From Phoronis australis (taxonomy: Eukaryota > Animalia > Phoronida): a stretch of DNA of 64,000 nucleotides. Position numbers and translations under genes: made by a program. The notes beneath the pieces were generated by a model. That model saw only the letters and a program-made list of their open reading frames with translations, ran no database searches and was not told the DNA's origin. The DNA is taken from assembly GCA_002633005.1 (NCBI GenBank), contig NMRA01000790.1:36835-100834 (forward strand), written 5' to 3'. This document shows positions 29,161-41,100 of the stretch, one piece after another; within the stretch, counting starts at the first letter, position 1, and each line of letters opens with the position of its first letter.

Positions 29161-32100
29161 CATCATAATCATGATTACAATCACCATCATCATTACCATC
29201 ATCATCATCATCATCATCATCATCGTCATCATTTTTATAATCTTCACCAGCCCCATCATCGTTACGATCATACCTTCACCATTACCATCACTATTATCAA
29301 TCACCACAACAACATCACCGCCCTCACCATCACCATCATCATCATCAGCACCATCATCAATCTATTTCAGGGCGTTTCTTTATTGCCACAAGGCTTTGCT
29401 AATGCGTTGATTCCTATATCCATGTTTTGGATGACATCGTTTCGATATTTTGGACGTATTCAAATAACTCTTAAATGCCAAAATTAAAAACAAAAACATT
29501 CATATTATTCCAGGTTTTTGTAGCGCTGCAATCTGTGAAGGACATAGGAAATTATCACCTGGCTATAATGTACGTGGTCGATATTGATACTTCATAACTC
29601 AGCTGGGGCATACAATAGTAGAATTATCACTTTTGATACATAGGAGCACTAACACTAACTAAATCATTTGAGTTCCTTTGCTTAGGAGCTCCCAGAATTT
29701 TAAGAGGTTTTGTGGTATGTCAACCACTGCATAATTTGGAGGTTCAAAATCTAGTATCAATCCAGATATCAGTCTAGGTGTGTATAAAGGGTAAAAATTC
29801 TGAACAGTGTATGCCCATTTAATTTTCCACACGAAAATCAATTTCAGAACTCCAGTAGTTCAAAAGATCACCACTTCTCAGTCCACGATTTTTTAGATTA
29901 TTACATGGCGAAGTCGTTATCCCCCGTTATCTGGAGCCCGAGTGGATTTTGCAGAATTATCGCCCAAGGAGCGTTATCTCCGAGGGTGATAATTCTACAA
30001 AATCCACGAGGGCTCTAGATAAGGGGGATAACGGCTGATAACATGTAATAATCTATTTATACCATATACTAAACGAGAACCATTGCAATGAATCGATTTA
30101 CCTTTTCTGACTCTCCACGGCTTTGTAACTACTTTCTATGTCAGAGGCCCGGGGTCGGAGGTCGTGACCTTTTAAGAAAAGCCGGGCTATTTTTGTCAAA
30201 TGATGTTTTTACTCAAAACCAAACGAAAACTTAAATATCATAGAAATAAATTGAATTGATAAATTAAGGTTTACCAACTATTATGGCTTAAAACACGTTT
30301 TTTTCACGCTAAGCTTCGACCGGGAAATTATCGACTGCTAAAGTAGGTTACCACTGGTAACTGAATATAATTCTCAAGTCAAAGATCCTGACGACACGAT
30401 AGCCGCATTCAAACTGGAGATCGGTGATTTACAAGTAAGAGGACATGAGAGAAAAATTTCACTGAATTAAGATATCGGTTTTATGGAAATTATGTGTCTT
30501 ATTTTTCGTAGCATATAAGTACATTACAATGCGGTTTGTTGACCATGGGATTGTTGCGCGTGCTCATTAATGTATTCTATTTTCACTCTTGATGACGTCA
30601 GTCGCTGTGTGGTGTAGTGGGAATGTCGGCGACCAGCAATTCCAGGGTTCCGGGTTCGACTCCGTCCTCGGTTTCCCGCCAAAACGTTATCTCATTAGCG
30701 AGATAATTTCATGGATTATTACATCGTTGTATCTGCCATTTGACGCTACTATTGTGGTATAAATCAATTTATATTAGGCCGTTGCATTATTGCCACATGT
30801 CTTCGCTAATACGTTAATTGCTATTTTCATGTTTTCGATGACGTATTCAAATAACTCTGAAATGCCAAAATTAATAAGCAATAAGAATTTAATATTAATT
30901 CAGGTTTCCAACAATATTATTTACCTGATAACATGTAAAATTTTCTATCCATTACGTAGGACAAACTCAACATAATCTACAAACTCAGTTTCGTAATCAT
31001 AGATTGAACGTATACACAAAAACATCAAAATCTTTCTGTACAAATAATAGAAAAACTCCAATACCCCAGTACCGCTCACAGACTGAAAAGGGAACAATTT
31101 TGGATAGACAAGTTCAATACACTAGAACCTCCTGGATTAAACGTAAAAACTTCTTAAGAGGCAGTCCATATAAAAACCAGTAGATTTTCAAAAATCAGTC
31201 TATACGTCAAAATTCAAAACAACTTCATTNGAGTTACAGGTCATAAAAAGAGAAATAATGAATGAAAATTCTTAAAAAATGATTTTTTTCTACATCTCAC
31301 CAAACCGAACTCATGTGCTAAGTTTCAAAAAAATCTGTGATTTTGGGTATAGACTCTACCTGTTGGTTTTTATATGGAGTCGCTCTTAAATTGTATCATT
31401 AGATTTTTTCCGGAACAATGTATCATATTCATTACGCCACATCTTAAATGTCAATTGTCATCATGTGTTATATTTTACTTTATTTCTGTTTCTGTTGACA
31501 AAGGATGGTATTATATCCAAAAATTTCAGTTGATCCATTCTTTTTGTGTTATTCACCTATATATATTAAACAGATACACGGTGTTTCACAATTGAACTGT
31601 CTAGATACTTACAATTTATACTTGGCGACACAGAACGAGTTGTTATAAATGATCAACAGTAATATTTCACATTAATAACATTTCACATTAATTGGAAATT
31701 TCGGTCCCAATGGATCTTTCCACATGGCTTACAATTGGACCAAGGCCTTAGAGTTAAAAAAGTTGTTACAGTTGACTTGCCCAAAAGCCTAATTTTGTGT
31801 CATTAGTGGAACATTCACCATTTTGTGTTCGATTAATGTTAATTTTATGATGTGTAAATAAATTCATAGTGGCTTTCCTGAAGCAAACAACTCCATGTGT
31901 GGTCAACGAACTTAAATTGGGGGCCTTCGGACGCTCCAGGACCACCTAAGGGACAACATCATGTTGATCTTTGTGGGACATACATCTCCTCCTCATACAC
32001 TTTATAGTGCATGTTTGGGATTAGGGAGTAGTTTGTATTTCGACTGGACCAGGGAACAGAGTCTTGCATGCTATTGGCATAAATGCAAGCTTCAACATTC

Positions 32101-35100
32101 TGACAGCGACATACTTCCCCCACAACTCTACTTTTACTTGGCATAACAATGAATAAAAATGATCAGGACTCTTAAAGTAATTGTAGAAACTCAAGTAATT
32201 CACTCATCAGAGTGCGAGTGTTGACAAACAACATCGGCCTTTTCATTGTGGTTGTACCTTTACTGGAGATTTCATTTGAGCTAATTGCAGTAAATTACAA
32301 TATGTTTTACACTAAGTCTTGACTGCAATCTAATGAACTGCAGCGTTTGGAATGCACTGACAGAGAATGTGTTCCAAGGTATAGGTTGTATTATGCTCAA
32401 TGACTTAAGCCTGAAAAAATTCCTCTTTACTAAAAGCCATCTGTCAGTATCAAAATGACTGAACAACATGTGCTAATAAAGTATTTATTTGTCGACATGA
32501 CCCGTAAACGAGTAGGTTACATTTTATCCAAGAATGTTATGTTCATTACACGTATGCATACTGCCTCAGGTCAACCCTCATCACTGTCTTCGCGTTCCTC
32601 AGAAATTTGATTTAGTGAATTGTCACTAGGCACAATCTAGATGTAGATGTACAGGCAAGCCCATTCTTTGTGCAACTGCAAAGAGGCATGCTACCAGCTG
32701 TAGAACAGCTGCAGTGTATCATCTAGAGGAGAGTCTGGTGCAGCAATCGTGGCAGTTATGATGTGTACGAATTGATTGTATTCAAGTTTCCAACCCCAGT
32801 CTAAAGGATTCCGGTCATTTGCTATCTCCATCCAACACATGACCTGGTAGTACACTCGAGACAATGAAACCTGGTGTCTGATTCCGTTGGTGGAAGACGT
32901 TTGGTATTAGCGAAAGACATAGCAGCAACAAGCTTCTTTGTGAATATGTTGTAATGCACTACAAACCAAAGAACGCGNATTTGCCCCCACTACCATTCAG
33001 ACATTGCGCTTGGGTTGCGAATTTGTTACAACAAGAATGTTGTTGTAAGTAATTGATCATGATTTGTTGTGGATGTACCTTACATACCTTTGATATTAAG
33101 AAGTAAACAAACCGTGGCCGTTGGCGACGGCCTTTCCAAAACCAGAATTTTCATTAGAAAACAATCGTTTTGATAATGTTTCATTTATTAAAGTCATTTT
33201 TGTGAATTAAGTAAAGTTGAGCATAACATTAAGTGTCACTGTCCTCAAGAAAGTCAGGTTCCCCTTCCACAGACCGTCAGGGCAAAGGTTGTATAGTAAC
33301 AATGATTTGAATAATGTATTTGTATTTCTAAATAAAAATTCCCCTAACAAGTGACCATAGCATATATTGAAAAACCAAGATTTCCCTTGCCCAGCGTTAA
33401 TCAGGTGACCCCCAGGCCTAAACATCCGTGTATCGACCATTGTTTAAAGATGGCCAATTGCGGGTATCGTGTTTGCTTATCCCAACCCCTTGTTGCGGAG
33501 GAACCCAGTGGCGGATTTGGAGGGGAGCCAATACCCCCCTAAAATTCTCTTAGATTCCATTTGGCAGTTCGTGGGTGCGAAAGTCCGACGGGCAAACTCC
33601 TGTGTAACACATGGGGGCTCGGGGGGCTCATTCGAGCCCCCTCCTCTATTTGACCGAAGGGGCAAAAAGGTCCTTCTTAGAGAAACAAAAAGTCCGAGGA
33701 AACGAGAGAAAAGTCCACACGAATTCGTCGCCAATGCATAATGCACGGGGTTGAACCTATATTACCCCGCTTTTTAGTACTTGTCTTCTCGTTCCAGTAA
33801 ATGATCCACATGTCCGTGAAATTCGAGCCCCCCTCTATATTTTAGGCTGGGTGAGCGCATGTGATCCTTTGCCTTGGCCCCCCTAAATAAAAATTCTGGA
33901 TCCGCCCCTGTAACCGTTGAATAATGACGCGACGGGTTTTCACGGGCGTGAGGTCACATTAAATTTAGACACTGTGACAAAACTAGTCGGAATAATTTTT
34001 CCACTCGGTTTCGATGGAAAATTTTGTATTTTAAGTATAGGTCGGATGCGCAATTCTGTCGCACAGGTTTGATATTTTGTTTCCTATGCACTTTCCATTT
34101 TTTGTGCAAGTTTTGAGTCACAAAACAAAGAGCTCGTAAGCAAGCAGTGCAAATCCACAAAATTCCCAATATCAACTTAAAAATAAGTACAGATTTTGCA
34201 GGGATATGTTTGTTTTAATACAACAGAAGAAATCTGATTTTGGAATACTTATTGAGAAATGAGTTTTTAAAGCAGTATATATTTCATCAGAGAATAAATT
34301 ATTCACTTAGATGTACTGATTTTAATGGCTGGCGAGAAGGTTCTAGGATGTGATTTTTCAGAACAGGTAAAATACATATGGTTGTCATTGATACCAAATA
34401 TTTATTTAAGTACAATTAACAAAAAGCATCGTCATTGGATAGCAGCATATTCTGGTGAACAATTATCTTTTAATTGATCTTATATGATATCAATCACCAA
34501 GACTGATGTGGAAACAACGCATAATCACTCCGCTTAAACTATGGTGGCGGAACATAAAAAAATAGTGGCAGCACCTCTAAACTTCATGACCGAACCAAAA
34601 AACCCACGACTCAAAGGCAGGACCAAAAAACTTAACTCTTTGGCTGCAAGCATAACACTGAGAGCCCCCGATTTTCTGACTGATGCCGTAGGGCTCCCAG
34701 TGTTTTCCGCCATTTTTGTCCTATGTAACACTCTCCAATATGGCATCATATTGACAACGCGAGCTGTGTGTATCTTGAGAGGCGCGTGCCCGCTCTATTC
34801 GATGCCTATGCTTGTATCATTCACCATGAAAATGGCCAGAATGTTGTAATACGAACTGTAGGTTTTCACCCGCAACCAACGCTCTGCATTCGATCACTTT
34901 ATTGGACTCTATGAGATGACATTTGTAAGATAATGTCCACAGATGGCACTGACAACACTGCAGTAATGCACATAATGACTGATTAAATGCTCTTACAGTG
35001 CTAACAGTTGCAATGTTGTTAGTTGCAATATTTACGTATCTGCAGAGCAGAATTTTGCATTGACCCATGGTGTTTGGTTCTGCAGTGTTGGTTTTGGAGG

Positions 35101-38100
35101 AAGCAGTTGGAATCTTTGATGGTTTGAATCAACCCCAAAGCCAAATGTTTGTTCTGAGCAAAAACGGTCTTTGTCGAATTTCTTAACAAAAATCGTCAGA
35201 TTCACTGTGTTCCAAGGTATAGGTTGTATTATGCTCAATGACTTAAGCCTGAAAAAATTCCCCTTTACTAAAAGCCATCTGTCAGTATCAAAATGACTGA
35301 ACAACAGGTGCTAATAAAGTATTTATTTGTCGACATGACCCGTTAACGAGTAGGTTACATTTTATCCAACAATGTTATGTTCATTACACGTATGCATACT
35401 GCCTCAGGTCAACCCTCATCACTGTCTTCGCGTTCCTCAGAAATTTGATTTAGTGAATTGTCACTAGGCACAATCTAGATGTAGATGTACAGGCAAGCCC
35501 ATTCTTTGTGCAACTGCAGAGGCATGCTACCAGCTGTAGAACAGCTGCAGTGTATCATCTAGAGGAGAGTCTGGTGCAGCAATCATGGCAGTTATGATGT
35601 GTACGAATTGATTGTATTCAAGTTTCCAACCCCAGTCTAAAGGATTCCGGTCATTTGCTATCTCCATCCAACACATGACCTGGTAGTACACTCGAGACAA
35701 TGAAACCTGGTGTCTGATTCCGTTGGTGGAAGACGTTTGGTATTAGCGAAAGACATAGCAGCAACAAGCTGCTTTGTGAATATGTTGTTATGCACTACAA
35801 ACCAAAGATCACGTGCTCTCTATACCACACATTACACGCATCGCTTGGCTGCCTAATTTCTTTCAGCGAGGCTCACACCTTTCGTAGTGAATGTATCTGC
35901 GCTTGACTGGAGGACTTGGTCATCTTTCACGGGTTTCCAAGAGACTGAAGTCTTTCCAACGCCACCTACATGAGAAGTTAAGTTGCATACTGTAAAGGAG
36001 GGTAGAAATAGTAGCTGGGTACAAAATTTAATCCTGAGTACACACCTCATGCAATTGATGTCGTATATTTTCAGATTGGTTCTTGACTGGTAGCCAGATC
36101 TGAAAAATGGCATTTTCCCGTCATCCATTCAGTAATGCAGCATAAGCATCAACAAGACAGTGTCCTCGCCGATTACTGTGTCGGAATGCATATTATACTG
36201 TTTACTTCTGTCTTTGCAATGTCCACATCAGCGTCCCATACCAAAAAAGGCCTTCCTGCAAACACTTGCCGCAAGCTTGCCGCAAACATGCAGCAAACTT
36301 TTACCATGCAAATGAAGTTTGCCGCAAGCTTGCAGCAAAACATCTCTATGTCCTTATATGGAACAGTTCCTACAACCCAGCCGCACATATTGCTGCAAGC
36401 TTGCCGCAAACATTTTCATGGGGTTATATAGAAGTGTCTGCGAACCACCAGAAAAAATATTGCTGCAAGACTACAACATACTTGAATACATAATTTTTAT
36501 TGCATGCCCGCGTGTTAAAGCAAGAAAATACACAATCAGCTGCACATTGGATTTAACATGATAATTTTCAATCTAATGTAAAATGACTAGAAATGGAAAC
36601 AAAATCACATGACAATGAATAACAGAAACTATAAAAGTGTCTACTGTGGCAATTAATAATAATACTTGTAAATACAATCACAATTGTGTCTTGAGAGAAG
36701 AACTTGAATGTATGCAAGCTTTAATTACAGTATACCGAGATGTTTTATTCTTAACGCACGACAAAATCTATAATTGCAACAACGATATTATTTACTTGAC
36801 TAAACTAACAACAGCAACACAGAGCATTGAAATGCACCCAACGGGGTGTTTATTAGCATTGAAACTGGCGCAAAATATGTCGAGTGCCAGACGAGTGGAG
36901 AAAACCATGAAATCTGACTTTCCCCCGTGGAAAGGCATGCTTAGAACAGCATGTCGAGCATATTTAAGCATTTTATTTTAAATTACTTCATTATTTGTCA
37001 ACTGAAAAAATCCCTCTTAACAATTATAAACATATTTATTTTTCCCATATTCATCTAAAATACTTGAAAACTGTCGAATACTTCATCGATTACTATTTTT
37101 GCTTCCCAATATGGTTTCATGATCATCATTCTACTGAATGGGCTATCATTGAATTTGTAGGCCTTTGTTGAAATTTGCAATATTTCGACTATAGCGATAT
37201 CATCCAATAACATCATTCATTTATCTAAGGCATCAAACATAAATTATACCTTTCCATTCTACAATATTACTATGGTGTTGAAAAGAACAACTACAGACTG
37301 AGGTTATATCCAGTTATAACCATACTAGTGGACGTTCTAAACACATTTTAGTCCAGACTAATCTGCATTACAGCAATCGGAGGTGTTCCATAGGGTTCGT
37401 ATGGGATGATCGCTAGTGTTTTCATCCATGTTTGTTCGAACCAACTTTGAGATGCTGTGTACGCCATTTATTCCGGTGTTTTCAACTCAAACTTCTTGCC
37501 TCGTAACCTCTGCAGTGTCTCTGGCTTTCATCAAGTACATTATGTCACTCAATATTCACAAACCTAAAATATGAATGCCATTTCACTTTCCACAAAAAAG
37601 GCATTTGTGATAGCATTATTAGAATCTCAATTACAAGTCAAACTTTTGCTCTTCTGCTCATGTATGAACAGACAGTTGAACTACAATGTGTTAGTTTGAC
37701 TGCAGACTAAGAACTGGCGTATGACTGAAGGTGATGGCAGTTAAAACACCTACCAGTAGTTAAATATACAATATGCTAATCTTATTTTGTGCCCAATAGT
37801 TACCTCATTTAACCAAAATGAAAATTTGTTGTTCCTATAGTGAATCAAACAGTCAGAGAGCGATGTGAAAATTGACACAAACTTAAGTTTTACAGTCTCA
37901 GTTAAGTGATTATTTTGAAACACTGGTAACATTTCACTTGACAACGTTTTGGAAACTAGTTGATTCTGGTCTCAACCCCAGTTAACTCATTTGAAATCTG
38001 TGCTGTACTTTTCCCTAACCATTATAACCTCCAATTTGGCTGAATCAGTATGAAAAGCAACATCCTTTTGTTTGTAAGACCAAAACTACTAATTCATGAA

Positions 38101-41100
38101 TGAAGTCTAAGTAGTTTTACTTAACAATCACATCAATATAAATACAATTTTAAATTCAAAACTCACATCCATACAGTTCTTCAGTTATCCATGTAGAGCC
38201 TAGGCTGTACCAAAACCGTTTGAATTTGTTTCAAATGAAAGCTTATAGGTCACTTCCCAGGCATGTAACCTTGACAACCACATGCTTTCCTTGATAACAG
38301 TCCCACCAGATCAGCATGTGGCTGGGCTAGCATAATTTAAATAAACAATCAACAGCCCTAGAGGCATTAAACATATTAATCTATTCCAAGAGGCATTCCT
38401 TGAAAACATTCCTAGCAGTTCAACATGTAGCTGTGCTAGAATGATTAAAATGAACAATAACCCTAGAAGCATAAAACAATAATATAAGGACACTAGCGAA
38501 ATTAAATTTCTTATTTTTTATAAATAATGTGGCAGTACCAAAAGAATCCCGAGTCATATCCAAGTCCGTACCATAGCTGCTGACAGGCAATATTTTGAAA
38601 ATTGTGAGTCTTCACAACAATGCTAAATGTCCTTGAAAAATCAAAATTTTTGGCAATTATTTTTGTCCGAAATAGACAAAATTTTACTGTAGCTACAGTG
38701 GCAGCTACCACCTGATTATGAGATAATTTCAAATGTTGGAAAAGTACAAATTGCTCTAAATGCTAATACTTGCACATTTGGTAAAACTGGATCATATATT
38801 TGTGTATGGTTTGTATTGATATTTATTATGTTTGTTTACACAACATGCAGGTAACACTGCCTTTGTTGTTTTAAAGCAATTGCATTTACACTGTAATATT
38901 TTGCTGTACTGACTGACAGCAATATGAAAGTAAAATAAAAACTTGTTAAGTATAGTGACTGAATAAAAAACAAAGAACATACAAATGCAGTTATATTCTC
39001 TAGTGTTTTAGGTCGCATTTGGTCATCTTTGAGCATATGCTGTTTTTAACAATGTAACTTACCCAACAATACATGTAGGTCACATTTAGGTAAGTAATCT
39101 AAAATAAGTAACTGCCCTGCTTAGGTTCTGGGATTTGAGGCTTCTTTGAAATTTAGAAAATAAAAAACAATTTCACAATTTCTAACATTGTCACAATATT
39201 AATGCTAATACTTTAAACATTGAAGTTTACTGCAAATTTCGTGCAAGCACTTTTTCACCTATTCCTGAGAACACTTTTCACCAATAAAGTTTCCTGCAAC
39301 TTTCCCGCAAACATTTTTTTACCAATAAAGTTTCCTGCAACTTTCCCGCAAACATTTTTTCACCAATAACGTTCCCTGCAACTTTCCCGCAAGCACTTTT
39401 AAACAATAAAGTTTCCTGCAACTTTACCGCCAACGCTTTTCAACAATAAAGTTTCCTGCAACTTTCCCGCAAACACTTTTTCAATCACCAAGTTTGCCGC
39501 AACATTCCTGCAAACTTCAGGTTGCGGCAATGTGTGCGGCTGAGTTGCGGGTAGCGGCAAACTCCTGCAAACTTTGCGGCTGGTTTGCTGCAAACAAAAT
39601 TGTTTGCCGCAAGCTTGCGGCATGTTTGCTGCAAGCTTGCGGCAAACATGGTCTTTTGGTAGGGGTTACCCTTCTGCCTAAACGGCTGTGCATCCCAATT
39701 TCTGCAGCTGAAAACCCATATTCAACCCGCGTTGAATACGGAAGAGTAGTTCTTCCATATCAAATCTCACAATACAACCCGTATTTCATGTCCATATTAT
39801 CACGCGCATAGGATAAGTATGTATATGTATATGTACATGTATATGTATCGTATATATGTATATAACCCCTTCACAGAGGACCAACCTACAGCAGAGTGAA
39901 ATACATACATGTACACAAAACGTACCGAGAGTGGCATAGATGAAATTGTTGCGAGACATTAATCTCCTTATCAATAGACACCAAACTAAAAGACAAGCGG
40001 GACATTTTTAGGCACTTGAATTGACCCATTGAACTATAAAAACCGTTGTCGGGCATTTGGGCATCTTTCATTCAACAAAAACCGCAGTCTGTTCGTCTTT
40101 GTGTGTTTCACCTTCAAATGTTTTGGCTTAGACCGAGATGCCCAGCTTTTTATCCTCATGTACATGTACCGCTTTTGATTCAATTGTCCCGTTTTTGATT
40201 CTTGAACGTTGGCCGCCGTGACAGCTATGCAATAGGTGTCCAAAATAACAATGACTCTTTTAATAGGTATTATTGTTTTCCAGAAAGAAGCCAATTTCTT
40301 TAGAACAGTGCAATCAGAAAAATTAAATTTTGTTCCACTGTGTCTTGGTTACTATAACATATATTACATGCTTCAGGATCAAAAACTTTTATTTTCTGAA
40401 GGAAATAGTTGATGTCTATACTTTTCTGGAAAGACATGCACTGTAACTAGCATGAAGACTTATCCACAGTACATGTACATTTCAAAACTAAGTGATGTAT
40501 GCTGCACCTTTTCTATTGATTAGAAAACCTTTACTTCCAAATTTGAGATAGAAGCTTGGAGTAGCTTATCTTATTTTTGGTAAATATCACTCCTTAAAGA
40601 TTGTAATTGTCAAACCGCACCAAAATTCTAATTAATTATAATAAATAGCAATAATTTTGGAACAATGCCTGAAATATTTATCCATAATGAGTGTGAGAGA
40701 TTCGTATTTTTAATCCTGTGTTTTCATAGGGTAGAAATTTATGAATCAGTCGTAATGGTTTTACTGTTCATTTTTATAACACATTTCTGCTTAATTCCAA
40801 TTTTATGTCAATATTACACGCTGATATTTTTCATATTTTGGTAACACTCTTGGTTTTTAGAAACAATAAAAAATAAACTGAGTAGTTATGCAAAATAAAT
40901 TTTTTTTGCTTCTATTTTAGTCATCAAGAAATGACAATGGGCTTTTTGTGATATGACAATTCGGTTGAAAAACGACAGAGTCCAAAAAAGTTTTAAGTTC
41001 AGTAAATCCCATTAGTTCAGATGATGAAAGTTTTAGAGTTGCTTCCTGTTATTTTCCTGTAGGGTATTGAATCATAAAGTTTAGTGCATGCAACCCACAT

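Larger units (their letters stand above)
28009..30910 (+). repeat. Segmental duplication unit, copy 3 (downstream-intron part only, starts at a single-N join)
   Basis: Nearly identical to 23920-24855, continues collinear with 7610-8850 including the (CAT)n tract; interrupted by an insertion at ~29888-30763. Confidence 0.85.
35206..39790 (-). pseudogene. Academ-like transposase remnant (XPG/PIN-like + Cys-rich region) split by an EnSpm-like insertion
   Basis: AEGNADVDIAKT…VIGEDT spans the 39666/36234 junction; KIYDI…LLFLPSFTVCNLTSHVGGVGK (cf. LLFIHAFTGCDTTS..G.GK); LPPT…DWGW…Cys cluster. Confidence 0.65.

Noticed and set aside
30601-30672. Functional tRNA gene
   Set aside because: Acceptor and anticodon stems do not pair convincingly; reported only as tRNA-derived.
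32368-35812. Near-identical 600-bp duplication as a biological event
   Set aside because: The first copy ends at a single-N join (32978), so an assembly or haplotype artefact is as likely.
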